Below are positions 26,104 to 39,119 of a stretch of 64,000 bases of DNA, piece by piece. Under the pieces are notes generated by a model. It did not search any database, was not told where the DNA came from, and saw only the letters and a list, made by a program, of their open reading frames with translations. The stretch is from Camelus dromedarius (lineage: Eukaryota): assembly GCF_036321535.1 (NCBI RefSeq), contig NC_087437.1, positions 3,844,001 to 3,908,000 of the forward strand, written 5' to 3'. The stretch's first letter is position 1. Every line of letters starts with the position of its first letter. The translations under genes were made by a program, and so were the position numbers.

Positions 26104-28440
26104 TCCACGTATTTTATCTACAGATCTGTAAGCTTAATTCTAAATTTAACAAACAAATCTCTTCTTACATGACAACATTTGATGAGCCCGATGGTCAACT
26201 GTATTTCAGAATGGTTCTGTCAAAGTGGCTTTTCTCCTATACTTTGTTAATGGTTATGAAAAGGCCAAAGAAATGGGATACTGTCCTATTCTAAGCATGA
26301 AAGGGATGGTTGTATCAAATTGAACCAGGAAGGGAGAACAAATTCATTGGCGCCTTCCCAGTTGGGCTGTTCCCGAATGTTAATGCAACCGTGTTGATTA
26401 CTGCCTATTGGTTATTCAGTTTGGTTATCCATAGATGGATTCCAAGTTTTACCCAAAAGGGATTTAGGAAGGAAAAAAGGTCTAGAACCAAGTCTGGAGG
26501 GACCACAGGAAAAGCCATTAATGTCCCCTCATCCTGCAGGACAGAGGACGTGAGTTTGGGCAGTGGGAGAGTGTGGTGAATGTAGGCACCCTCAGAGGGG
26601 TCTGTGCCCTCACTTCACCTGGTTCACAGTCATCTTCTCCTTCAGTGCTCTCTCTCTTCCTTGTCACTGGTTCTTTTTGGTCTGTTTCTAATTTAATCTC
26701 TCCTCTGAGGTTTCATTAGAGTTTTGACATTGACATTTGATAGTTTGAACATTTTGACATCTCTTCAACCTTTTGAATAGTTGATTAAGTAAAGAATTCT
26801 TCAGCATTATATAAGCACATACCGTTTTTTGAGTAATTATTGAGTAACTGCACATTCAGACGAGTATAACATTCTTATAAATACTGCATTAAGTTCAAAA
26901 TAGAAGACACATGTTGACGTATAATATTACTCATAGAAAGTTCAAAACTAATTTTTTAAAGATTAAGTAAAGAAATGTGCAGGAACTCATTTATTTCATG
27001 TCTGTCACCTGCCAGCGCCTACAGTTATTAATGACCTGGCGTGATTTTCATTGCATTTGCATGCCCGTGCGTGTATTGACCAGAATCATTATGTGAAACC
27101 ACTCCAGCTAAACTTTGGGAGAAACCATGCCTGGCATTTCATTAGAGCAGTGGCCAGTCTAGGGGGAGAACCAACCATGCTTTGAGATTGTTGCTAATAA
27201 GTACTCTTTTAAAGAACTATTTACTGCCTGCCACCTTAGATGAGCTGATATGACTTGGGCCACCTGGACCACCTCCCTTACCATGAGAACGTCTTGGCAT
27301 TCAAGGTGGGCTGTCTGCTCTCTGCTCCATAAGAAGGGACCGACATGCCCTCAGCTGTGACCTTCAGAAAAGAGAATCATGGCATTATCAGTGGGAAAGT
27401 CAACCTGCCGTCAGCCCAGCCTGTCGTAGCTCCTGGAGCCATTGTGAGGACGCCCTGTAGCCCTTGCATCTCGTCCAGAATCTTCTCTGTAGTTGATGAC
27501 AATGACACTGTTCCCTTCTAGGTCCACAAATAAATATGTTTCAGACAGAATTATCTCTGCTGCCCCAAGTCGTGTACTTTACCTTCTGCAGGATGGTGGG
27601 ACACCAACAACTTTTAGGATCGCTCACCAAACTTGATTCCAAGGTTTTTTTTTTCCCCTTCTTAAATCCTTTTTGGGCAAGAGCTGGAATCCATCTGTTG
27701 TTTTGATGCATTTCATCTCCACGACCAGCCAGTTCCTCACACCTCCTCCACTTCTAGTCTCAGCCCGCCTTCCGCCCCAGGGGTTCTCCCTCCTCTGGAT
27801 GGTCCCCCTTGGTCCCCCATAAGGATCACCTAGCTGGCTCCCTGTATCCAGAGTGACCTTTGGCCACAGAGCACATAGTCCTAATGTGCCATCTTCCCAC
27901 TTGTACAGAGTCAGGTGCCAACAAAATCCTTCCCTTTTCTGGCAAAGAGGGAAATGGGATTAGAGTTCAGCAGCCGGGTTATGATTTCATGAAGAGCTCA
28001 GTGCTTCAGCACAATGGTCTGATCTTTATCAGCACAACTCAATTGTCAGGATGCAGAGAAGAGAAAATACATGTTCAAGTTACCTTCCTCCTTGCACAAG
28101 AGCGTCCAGCAGGAGCTGCCTCCTCCCAGTTCCCAGGGAGAAGAGCAGCCACGGAAGCCCCTGAAGCTACCAGAGGCCTCAGGCAAGTCCTCTCAGCTTC
28201 AGGACATGACGGCTTTGTGCTCATTCAGTCACAGAGAGTTGACCCGACCTTCCTTCTTCTGATAGCTTTCCGCAGGGCCCTGCAGAATAGCTTTTGCTTT
28301 GATTACCCGGTGGTTCACAGTCCTCCTCATATCTCGTTTTTCCAGGGTATAGGGAGGGTAAAGGCAGCTCTCCTCTTTACTCTGTGGCCTCAAAGCAGTC
28401 TGCCTCATCACCTTCCAGAAGTCCAAGACCCATCCTCTTT

Positions 28441-28594
28441 TTTAAAAAAATTGAAGTGTAGTCAATTTACAATATTGTATTAATTTCTGGTGTACAGAAT
28501 AGTGATTCAATTCCTTTTCATGTTTTTTTCATTAAAGGCCAATACAAGGCATTGAATATAGTTCCCTGTGCTATACAGTAGGTCCTTGTTGTTT
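28441..28594 (-). mobile_element. Short L1 3' tail
   Basis: ttgaagtgtagtcaatttacaat...ccctgtgctatacagtagg. Perfect 17-bp TSD caagacccatcctcttt at 28424-28440 and 28595-28611. Confidence 0.9.
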
Positions 28595-28988
28595 CAAGAC
28601 CCATCCTCTTTATGTTCTTCTGATTCTCCTGAATAATGGTCGTCTGTTTTCTTTTCCTCCCTCCCTCCCTTCTCAGCATCAGTGTTTTCATCATAGGGGC
28701 AGATTTTGTATAAACACATAGTCTCTAATTTTAATACTGATTCTTTAATAGAGAAAGGAAATAATATTCTCTTAGTCTCCTGTTCAGCTGCATAGGCACC
28801 TGCTGTGGTTCCTGTCAATCACAGAGCTTTGTGGTGAGAGCCATCTCAGCCTCCCTGATGTGTCTGCTGAACAGCGTGCCGACGCTCAGGCCGAGAGAGT
28901 TGTGTTCCGACTTCTCCCAGAAGCAAAGCTAAGAGGAAGGCTGAGTGCACACCGTTCATTTGCAGTGTTGGGAGCCATGGGCAGAAGA

Positions 28989-29017
28989 GTGTGTGTGTGT
29001 GTGTGTGTGCGTGTGCG
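28989..29017. repeat. (GT)n microsatellite
   Basis: Seen directly. Confidence 0.95.
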
Positions 29018-29724
29018 TATAGTAATCTAAGGAGGAGAAGGCAGTCTGTACACACAGCTACCATTAAGTGCAATTAAAATGTGCAAACTAGTGGTTAAGT
29101 TTTGGGAAATGATGTAAAACGTGTATGTTATTATGATCCTAGTCACAGGGCAAGGGAACCGGGGTATGTGCACATTCACCCCTGATCAATAATAGGTTAG
29201 CAGATGCCCCTGTGGGTTACACATCACCCAGGCACTTTGAGCTGGCCTTACTTGTGGCCAAAATGAGTCCCAGCAGCTGCAGGACAGCTCTCTGGCCAAA
29301 GCTGTATGTTCCAGCTGCCGGCAGTCAGGCTGGCGGGCACAACAGAGCGCGCACCTGAGGGACACTGGAGTATCTGCCGTAGGAGACCCGAGGCCAGAGC
29401 TCGGAGGGCTTAATCCATCCCAGCGCTGACCTGACGAGCAACAAACCTGAGAGTCATAGTGGTGGTGGCCCACGTTGTGACCCAAACGCTCTCTACGCAC
29501 TCATGGGTCAGGCTGGTGGATGATCAGTGCAGGCGACGCCAGCCATTTTTCTGGCTCCCCAGCCCCCACATCTTTCCTGTTTGGAGGGCTCCTCATCACT
29601 GAGTGACGTGGTGCTCTCACTCCAGAGGCCAGAATTGCTGAATAAAGTTTTCTGTCCTTGTCTCCTCATAGCCTAGGTGTAGGCAGTGATCTGGCCTCAG
29701 CCATGCAGAGACTTCTGCCTGGGG

Positions 29725-29990
29725 CTGTTCCCTACTCAATTCAGGCTGCTATAGGGCAGAGCCACAGACCAGGGGCTTATAAACAGTAGGTTTTTATTTC
29801 TCACATTTCTGGAGGCTGCAGCTCCAGGATCAGGGTGCCAGCCTGGCTAGGTTCTGGTGAGAGCCCTCCTCTGAGTGTCAGACCACTCCCTCCTTCCTGT
29901 GTTCTCACGTGGTGGAAAATGGGCGAGAGAGCTCTCGGGTCCCTTTTACGAGGGCACCCATCCTGACTGGCAGGGCAGTGCCCCAGCCTG
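29725..29990 (-). mobile_element. MaLR LTR fragment
   Basis: ggcttataaacagtagg...tctcacatttctggaggctg...ggttctggtgagagccctcct. Confidence 0.7.
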
Positions 29991-30511
29991 CCTCCCCTGA
30001 TCTGTACGTGTCTCCCTAACAAGTTCATTTCCTCTTTCACTTAGCAGGTGTTGGTTCCTCCTGTCCGCAACTACAAGTGATCTTAACAGAATAACCGAAG
30101 TTTGAATGCAGGCTGCCCTGCCCTGCTTTATGCAGACCACCTCCCTAGGACCTAGCGAGGAGGTGAGAGAAGCAAGGGCAACAGAGGACAAGCGTCCAGC
30201 TCTCAAAAAACTCGCAATCTAGCCGGTCAAATAAGAAGTAAAAGCATGTGCAAAAACCAGAACTACACACACTTACTTTATCTCTTGTCCTCAATTATAT
30301 GTCATATACTTGGGGTCATTTACCCTCAATAACTGGGTGTGAGAGGTCCTGTTCCCTTGTTTTGCAGAGGGAGAACCTGAGCACGGAGGAATTAATACCC
30401 CCAGAATGACTCAGTGGGGACCCAGGTGCCACTGTGTCTGCTCTGTCTCGAGCTCTTCCCTTCAGAGTGCTGCTCAGAGATTCCTTGCTGCATGCGGGCA
30501 AAGGGCGAGAG

Positions 30512-30714
30512 CAGGTGTTGGCCAGCTGTGGCTCAAATCCAGCCCATTCTTTTTGTAAATAATGTTTAACTGGAACACACCACACCCATTTGCTTTTGTA
30601 TTGTCTGAGGCTACTTTTGAGAAGAGGTGACTGGTCGCAACACAGACCACATGACCTGCAAGCCTGAAATATTTCCTACCTGGCCCTTCTTAGAGGAAGT
30701 TTGCAAATCCCTGG
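30512..30714. mobile_element. MER58A-like hAT element
   Basis: tttttgtaaataatgtttaactggaacacacc...aagcctgaaatatttcctacctggccctt. Confidence 0.75.
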
Positions 30715-32504
30715 GCTGAGGCATAGTTATAAACAATTTGGCTTCACTGAGCTTCTGAGACTCTTCCACCTGCTGTCACTTGATCTGCACTGTCCCAGAG
30801 ACATTAATGACTTCCCGGTAAACTGAAACCTAAGTGCAAGGCAATAGCCATTTTAGCGGTCATAATAGTATCAGCCACCTTAATGTCCTTAATGAGGACT
30901 CTCTGTATCCAGGCTCTGTGACAGGGGCTTTCCTAACACACTTTCACTAGCCTGATTCCCAGTTCAGAGAGGCCAAGTCAACGTAAGCGGAGCAGCGCTG
31001 GCCGGGGGCAGAGCTGGATTCATCCTGCGCGTCATCTCCGGGGGCTGGGCTCTCAAACACCACACTTCACAGGTCTTCACAGCCATCGAGAGGAGTGAAA
31101 GTCAGGGAAAAGGGTGATTTTCTAGGGCTCTGTGGAGGCAGGCAGAGAACAAAGATCCCCTCAAAAAGTTGGTGCGGACGAGACAGTAGCTGTCAGGTTA
31201 CTCGGAGCAGGAAGGTCTGGTGGTGATGGGTGCCTCTGCCTCCCAGGGTGTCGAGGTCCCGCTTGTAATTACCAGGGCACCTTTCTGTTCCTTCGGTGAA
31301 GCATGTTGACAAGCCACTCAAGATAGCGTCCCTGCAGACACCTCACCAAGGGGAAAGGGGAGCCAAAGCTCTAGTCCCACATCCACTGGCGTCTGATGCT
31401 CAACACGGTCTGAGTTTTGGTAGGTAGTTTCTGATACTTTGACCAGCATTCTAAGCCTTTAGCACTTCGGTAATGAAATGGAGAATATGCCTGCCCTCTG
31501 CGCACAAGCACAGCAAGGGGGTGGGTCGTGAGTCCTCTTAAAGAGGGCTTAAAATAAGCCTGCCCTGTCTTGGAATGCCATTTCCAGGTGGTTTGTGAAC
31601 GGGTGTCAAGGTCCCACCTCATTCTCTTGACTTTAGCCCTCACGGCTCCCCCCGGTCGGTTCCCCACGCTCTGTAGGAAAGCTCAGCCTTGCTTTCCCCT
31701 GGTGTCAGGCGGCCAGGGAGGTGAGCAGCCTGAAAGCCCCGCGACAGCCCAGCCGTGCCGCCTGCAGAATCTGGAACCCCGGCACTGAACACAGAACCCC
31801 GGTGTTGGTCTTGGAATCTAACTTGTGGCCACCAGCCTGGGCACTGTCCAGGGCAGGGAGGACCTCCCCCTCCTCTCCATAGTGTCTTTGCCTGGCACGC
31901 TGCTGGGCATGGGGTAGGTAGTCAGGAAAGGTTCAGCCTTACAGGGAGCTGCAGCTGAAGGACAGCTGGCCGTGTTTCCCTTTCCTCGTGTGTGGTTCTC
32001 CCTGATCCCCTGTGGCCTGGGGCCCAGGATGGACCTGAGCCCCTGAAAGCCAGCCTGGTGCTCTGGGTCTCAGTACTCTGCCCTGGTCTGGTCAGCTCAC
32101 ATAACTGCCTGCTACCAGATTTTTTTAGCATCATCTATTTGGAATTCTGACTCAGTGTTTCAGCCATCTGTTAGGACTCAACCCTTTCCTCTTAGATCCT
32201 TAGGGCTGACCCTTGGCTGTTGGTTGTGTTGGCCACCATGCTTTGCCCTTTGTCCCACTTCTATGGATGGCCCGAGAGCTAGGGTCACTTCCTTAATGCC
32301 TGTCCAGCCATGTGATAGGTCTAATAGGGCCACGTACCCCGAACAATAATAAGATTCTTAATAATACAATAAAACAGGTACGTGTTAGCAAGAGCCATTA
32401 TTTCATTTGATGATTCAACCTGTCTATATGAGTTGGTATCAACATCCCCATTTTATAGATGAGGAAACTGAGACTCAGAAGGACAAAAACTTGTTCTAGA
32501 CCAC

Positions 32505-33020
32505 TGTATTGACTTTTTATTGCTGTGTAAGAAATTACCACAAACTTAGTGCCTCACCCATGGGAGGCATCTGGACACAGCGTGGCTAGGTCTTCTGCTC
32601 AGGGTCCCACGAGGTGGCAGTCAAGGTGTCAGGTGGGCTACACTCTTGTCTGGATGCTTGGCTGGGGAAGCACCAGTTCTAAACTCAATCTCTTTGCTGG
32701 CAAAATCTGTTTCCTTGCAGCTGTGTGAGTGAGGGCCCCAGAGTCTTCTGGCCGTCAGCTGAAGGCCACCCTCACACAAGGCCACCCTCAGTCCCCTGCC
32801 ACACGGCTGTCTTCAGGGAAGGTCATGTGGGGCTCATCAGGAGAACGTCTCACTCCCGCCTCTAAGACAGGTGACGTAATCATGGGCGGGTCACCACGTA
32901 ACTTTGCTATGTGAGGTAACACTTGCAGTAGTGACATCCCATGTTTACCAGGCTTCCTTGGTCAGAAGTAAGTCACAGATTGTACTTTCCCTCAAGGGGG
33001 TGGGACCTCAGGGTGTGTCT
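32505..33020 (-). mobile_element. MaLR LTR (MLT1D/E-like)
   Basis: ttgctgtgtaagaaattaccacaaacttagtg...gtcaaggtgtcagg...gtcagaagtaagtcacag. Confidence 0.7.
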
Positions 33021-33304
33021 GCTGCAGTCATGGGCTGGGAGGAGAGCCTTGCTGCACGGTCTCCCTGCGGCCCCTGGTTCCTTCCCTTTCTCTAGGCCCC
33101 TGTTGCCACAGGGAACTGTTCTGTCTCATGAGTCTCAAGTTGTGAAGACTGCAGTTGCCTTTGATCTTGCCCGCAAGTCATTCTCATCCCTTTTTTTTTT
33201 TTTTTTTTACCATCAAGTCCTTTCAGTTTTTCAATACATGCCATCTTGAAGAAGGTTTAAAATAGGCCTGCTTGTTAGGTAATGCCGTTTACTCCGTACT
33301 CAGT

Positions 33305-33398
33305 CTTTTCTTTTTTTTCCTTTTAAATTAATTAATTATTTTGTTGTTATTTCATTTTATTTTCTCACTGAAGTATAGTCAGTTTACAATGTTGTGTC
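33305..33398 (-). mobile_element. Short L1 3' tail
   Basis: T-rich run then gaagtatagtcagtttacaatgttgtgtc. Confidence 0.7.
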
Positions 33399-34359
33399 GC
33401 ATATAATCACAGTACTGTCTTGCTGGGAGATTGCAGGTGGTTTCTGACAGTAAGACGGCCAGCCGAGCTGGTGGAGCAGACCCGGGCAGACAGACCGTGC
33501 GGACTCCACCCCGTGTCACATGGCGCTGAGTTCTCTTTCTCCTGCAGACAGCTTCTCTGCACGTGCAAACAAAGACTTAACACATATCCAGAGAGGAAGA
33601 AGTCGTAATGCTATTTTTCAATTTAAATCAGTTCAGAAATGCCTAACTCTGGACAGAATTTAAATTCCTTTCTCAACGCAATGCAAAGGAGAGAGATCAG
33701 AGCCGGAGCCTCCATGAAGAAACTTGTCAATGCATTAGACACGCTGCTGTCACGGTGTCACTTCCTCCTTTTGTTTCTGAGGAGACAGACCCTGTCACCA
33801 TCCCACATGACAACCTATCACAGAGGCTGCCACAGATCTGTGCATGTGCCTGGCTTCTTGGTCCTCCTTTATTTTAATTCTGACTAATGATACAGTTGAG
33901 ATCTCATGTGGTGAGCAGGCCCCACAGGGAGTTTTGCCTATGGTTTATTACTTTGTGATGAAAAACAATTCTGCAGAAACATAAAGTAATTTCTACCCCT
34001 GAGTCTGAGATAGATTCTAAGTTCATTCAAACTCAAAAAAAAATTTTATAAAAGCTTAGGAAAGCAATAGCCAACAAGCCAAGCTAAAAGTTTTTTTTAT
34101 CACCAGTAAGTTAGGCTTCCCAAATACAGTCTTTTAATACAGCAGCACATTGTTCAGTGTTTCCATCAATCATAGCAGAGTGATGCCACTGTAAAGACAC
34201 AGCATGTGGAAAGCAAGGAATTCGGCTGAACTGAATTTCTTAAGTGCTGTGGAAGCAGATAGCAGCAGTGCACGCAAAGCTCTAGCCTTAAAACACATAT
34301 GTGTACGAGAGAAGACAAGATATTTCCATGGTGCCACCCAAACTTAAGAAAAAATACAT

Positions 34360-35047
34360 GCTGCTGCCTAGTTTTCCCAACACCATTTGCTGAAGAGACT
34401 GTCTTTATTCCATTGTATATTCTTGCCTCCATTATCGAAGATTAGTTGACCAAACGTTTGTGGGTTCATTTCTGGGCTCTCTATTCTGTTCCATTGGTCT
34501 ATATGTCTGTTTTTGTACCAATACCATGCTGTCTTGATGACTGTAGCTCTATAGTATTGTCTAAAGTCTGGGAGAGTTATTCCTCCAGCCTCTTTCTTTT
34601 TCTTCGGTAATGCTTTGGCAATTCTAGGTCTTTTGTGGTTCCATATAACTTTTATTATGATTTGTTCTATTTCTGTGAAATATGTCCTGGGTAATTTGAT
34701 AGGGATTGCATTAAATCTGTAGATTGCCTTGGGCAGTGTGACCATTTTAACAATATTAATTCTTCCAATCCAGGAGCATGGGATATATTTCCATTTTTTT
34801 AACTCTTCTTTAATTTCCTTCATCAGTGGTTTATAGTTCTCTGTGTATAAGTCTTTCACCTCCTTGGTTAGATTTATTCCTAGGTATTTTATTACTTTGG
34901 GTGCTATTTTAAAGGGGGTTGTTTCTTTACTTTCTTTTTTGGTTGATTCATTGTTAGTGTGAAGAAATGCAACTGATTTTTGCATGTTAATCTTGTAACC
35001 TGCTACCTTGCTGAATTCTTCAATTATTTCTAGTAGTTTTTGTGTGG
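34360..35047 (-). mobile_element. L1 ORF2 segment, inverted 5' part of a twin-primed insertion
   Basis: Minus ORF encodes L1 ORF2 peptides ([43 protein letters not shown]) and is colinear with 52760-53449. Confidence 0.95.
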
Positions 35048-36335
35048 CACCATATACAAAAATAAACTCAAAATTGATCAAAGACTTAAACATAAGACAA
35101 GATACAATAAACCTCCTAGAAGAAAATATAGGCAAGACATTATCTCACATACATCTCAAAAATGTACTCCTAGGGCAGTCTACCCAAGCAATACAAATAA
35201 AAGCAAGAATAAACAAATGGGACCTAATGAAACTTACAAGCTTCTGCACAGCAAAGGAAACCATAAGCAAAACAAAACGACAACCTATGGAATGGGAGAA
35301 AATTTTTGTAAATGATGAAACTGACAAAGGCTTGATCTCCAGAATATATAAGCAGCTCATACGACTTAATAAGAAAAAAACAAACAACCCAATCCAAAAA
35401 TGGGCAGAAGACCTAAACAAGCAATTCTCCAAAGAAGACATACAAATTATCAATAGGCACATGAAAAAATGCTCCATATCACTAATTATCAAAGAAATGC
35501 AAATCAAAAGTACAATGAGATATCACCTCACACCAGTCAGAATGGCCATCATTCAAAAGTCCACAAGTGACAAATGCTGGAGAGGCTGTGGAGGAAAGGG
35601 AACAATCCTACACTGCTGGTGGGAATGCAGTTTGGTGCAGCCACTGTGGAAAACCATATGGAGATTCCTCCAAAGACTAGGAATAGACTTACCATATGAC
35701 CCAGGAATCCTGCTGCTGGGCATATATCCAGAAGGAACCCTACTTCAAAAAGACATCTGCACCCCAATGTTCATATCAGCATTATTTACAATAGCCAAGA
35801 CATGGAAACAGCCTAAATGTCCATTGACAGATGACTGGATAAAGAAGAAATGGTATATTTATACAATGGAATACTATTCAGCCATGAAAAACAACAACAT
35901 AATGCCATTTGCAGCAACATGGATGTCCCTGGAGAATGTCATTCTAAGTGAAGTAAGCCAGAAAGAGAAAAATACCATATGAGATTGCTCATATGTGGAA
36001 TCTAAAAAAAAAAAAAAGAACAAATATAAAACAGAAACAGATTCATAGATATAGAATACAAACTTGTGGTTGCCAAGGGGCCAGGAAGTGGGAAAGGACA
36101 GACTAGGGTTTCAAAATTTGTAGATACTGACAGGCATATGCAGAATAAATAAACAAGATTATACTGTATAGCACAGGGAAATATACACAAGATCTTATGG
36201 TAGCTCACAGCAAAAAAAAATGTGACAACGAATATATGTATGTTCATGTATAACTGAAAAATTGTGCTCTACACTGGAATTTGAGACAACATTGTAAAAT
36301 GACTATAACAATAAAAAGATGTTAAAAAAAGAAAA
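35048..36335 (+). mobile_element. L1 3' part (ORF2 C-terminus, 3' UTR, poly(A)) of the same insertion
   Basis: ORF2 C-terminal peptides ([32 protein letters not shown]), AATAAA and A-tail. TSD aag(a/g)aaaaatacat at 34346-34359 and 36336-36349 brackets both segments. Confidence 0.95.
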
Positions 36336-36647
36336 AAGGAAAAATACATTCCATTGACAAAAAAGAAAGTATGGTTTTTTGAATTGCTTTTGAACTGGGG
36401 ATAATGTTTAAGCAGGTTAAACCAAGGAAATCAGTGTCACAAGAACAGACAGTAGTTTACAAAACTAGGAACCTGACTGAGTTCCATGAAGAAGGAGGAC
36501 TGGAGATGGTCTGTGGGAAGTTGCTGGTACAGTGACCTTGGGCCACAGTGGGGAAGTGCAGGTGTTATTTCAGAAAGTGTTTCCTGATTCCTGCAGGGTT
36601 CTTTGTTTTCTGAGCTCACTGGAGTCAGGACAGGCCTTGATTCCTCC

Positions 36648-36704
36648 GAGAGAGAGACAGACAGACAGAGACAGAGAGACACACAGAGACAGAGTGAGAG
36701 AGAG
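36648..36704. repeat. Imperfect (GA)/(GACA) repeat
   Basis: Seen directly. Confidence 0.9.
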
Positions 36705-36730
36705 AATCCAGATGCAGAGAAGATTTGACC

Positions 36731-37199
36731 TATAACCAAGCAACAGGTTCACATGCCCGCAGCACAGAGAGCTAAACTCTGACAGTGGGTGTGTGCAGCC
36801 AAGTAAAGGTTTACTGCAAATGTCAAGCAAGAGAGTGAGAGACCAGCCTTAGATCCACCCCACTTGGCCTTTGGGTTGGGTTTTTTTTTTTAAGGGAAAG
36901 AAAAAAGAAGTTGAGATGAATCATCATCTTGTGACAATTCATAATCAAGATGTCCCGGATCCTCGGGCCAGGTGGTCCACACCCCGGAGGCTGGGAGCTC
37001 ATCTTGCCCTGGAGAGATGACCTGAGCTTGTACGTTAAGGATGACGCCTACATCAGCAATGGTGGCATCCGACTGGTGATTAGTGTCCAGTTAGCTCAGG
37101 ATGGAGGTCAGAGGGGATGAGAAAAGGAATAAGGTTTTGGACAGAGAGATGAATTATAAACTCAGTGAAGGAGCTCGGTTTTAGGTGGACTCAGTTTCA
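36731..37199 (-). mobile_element. ERV1-type solo LTR
   Basis: tataacc...cagtttca termini; perfect TSD gacc. Confidence 0.75.
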
Positions 37200-39119
37200 G
37201 ACCCGCTGTGGCTGGGCAACAGGTGAGGAAGAGTTGAAAACACCCTGTATCCTCACCCCATACCCACCCCGCCCAACACCAGGGGAAACTCGTGGGAGAA
37301 AGAGAAAAAGAAGGTGAGATTGGTAATTACTTAACCTCTTAGGATACCTTCTTATCTGGAAGAAAACTACACTGAAGCAGTGAAATAATTTAAACACCTC
37401 CTGTAAATGTGGAGGAAGGAGGTCCCAGAGCTTGTTCAGCATGTCACATGCATTGGCACTCTGGAACTCTCTTGGTGCCTCCAGCTGCAGGATGGCAGCC
37501 ACTGCTCTGGATATCATATCTTCATGGGAGGGAGGTGGGGGGAAGGGAAACACTGAAACAGTAGAAGAGAAGTCTCACATGAGCATGAGGAGCTGAAACA
37601 CAGCAGAACTGGAAATGGAATATTCTTTTCCAGAGGTAGGGAGTATGGGTGAGATTTAAAGAGGATGAGGGGGCATTTTGGACCCTGGACCCTCAAGTGA
37701 CTGCCAAGTGCCGTGTCTGATGCTAGAGCCTCAGTGGCAAGGCCCTCAGTACACTGGGGTGGGGGAGGGGACGCTGGAAAATGGGACCCTGCCTGGCAAT
37801 CCCCCACCACCACCCCATTAGCAGAGCGGGCTCTGCCTTTCATCTCACAGATGGGAATTGACAAACTTAAAAACAGGAAGGGGTTCAGATACAGGCGGCA
37901 CAATGAAATTATAAATGCTCATCCCAGGGCTTTTTAAAAAAAAATCCTGAAAATAGATTCTTTCCCTGGAGACTCTTAATTCTTCTTGAAAATAGACTCC
38001 TGGTGAGTGATAGCCACTGAATCCTGAATCCTGAGGTGATAGCCAGAGACCCAGGCTAGGCTACCACCTAAATAGTTGCCAAATCAGAGGCATTTTTCGA
38101 CTATTTCCAAAAACCATTTGGAAACGGCTCGAAAGCTGCACACATAAAGCAAATAAATATGATGCTGCTGGTTGTGCTTTATTTTAAAAAAATAAAGAAG
38201 ATGAAAGGAAGGAAGCAGAGAAAGGGGGAGTCGTACAAACTCTGGTGAAACACTCTGATCTCTCTTTGCTTGACCACTGTTTAGAGGAAGCAAAAGGGAC
38301 ACCAATCACATGCACTTTCCTTCCAATCCAAAGATCTGGGTTTATGGGAAACTTGGATACAGGCCACCCTGGGGCCAGAATGAACTGACAGGATTGCCAT
38401 TACGGAGTGTGCTCTGAACAATGTGTAATTGCTACACCATGACTCAACTCAAACCACTTTAAAAAGTAAAAACGACTTCACTCTCCTTATCTAGGCTTTT
38501 GTAGAACCCAAATTCCAAATCACAAAGGCTCACAGATTAATTCCACTCTGTGACACTTGTCAGTTTCTCTTCCCATGACATTTATTTTCTCTCTTCTTCC
38601 TTGTTAGAGCAATGCCACACTGTTCAGCCTTCTTCTTCTTCTTTTTTTTTTAATTCTCCTTTTAGGCCTCAGCTTTTTTCTGTCTTGTTCAGTGGTGTTG
38701 CTGGCTCACTTTTCATAGAAACAAAGTGTTTCAGTATGAGTACAGAGTTATTAGACAGAGCCCCAGGAACATTGTTAATTATCAGGAAGAGAAGTCTAGC
38801 TAGCAGCTGTGACTTGCATGCTTTTAGAAATGTTCCCAAGTTTGCATATAAGAACCGATGGGCACAGGTGACAGCAGAGACTTTAGAAGGTTAGTATAGT
38901 ACAGTGAAGCAGAGCACAGACTCCAGAACAAGACCACTTGGGTTTCCCAGCAGTGCCACCTATTCCTTGTGTGATGTTGTATGCTATGAAATTATAATAC
39001 CTCAATTTCCTCATCAGGAAAATAGCAATGATGCTATCAGGTATTTCTCTGGGCTATCTGGGGATTAAAGAGTTAAGGTCTCCCGAATCCAACCAGTGGT
39101 GTCTGAGCCACCATCATCT

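Noticed and set aside
27860..28483. 207-aa ORF
   Set aside because: Starts at TTG, has no recognisable domain, and ends inside an antisense L1 tail.
35145..35507. Hydrophobic 120-aa ORF repeated at 52273-52635
   Set aside because: Antisense reading of L1 ORF2; the duplication reflects the two L1 copies.
34368..35982. Overlapping divergent 255-aa and 324-aa ORFs as a bidirectional gene pair
   Set aside because: Both are L1 ORF2 pieces that happen to read through the inversion junction.
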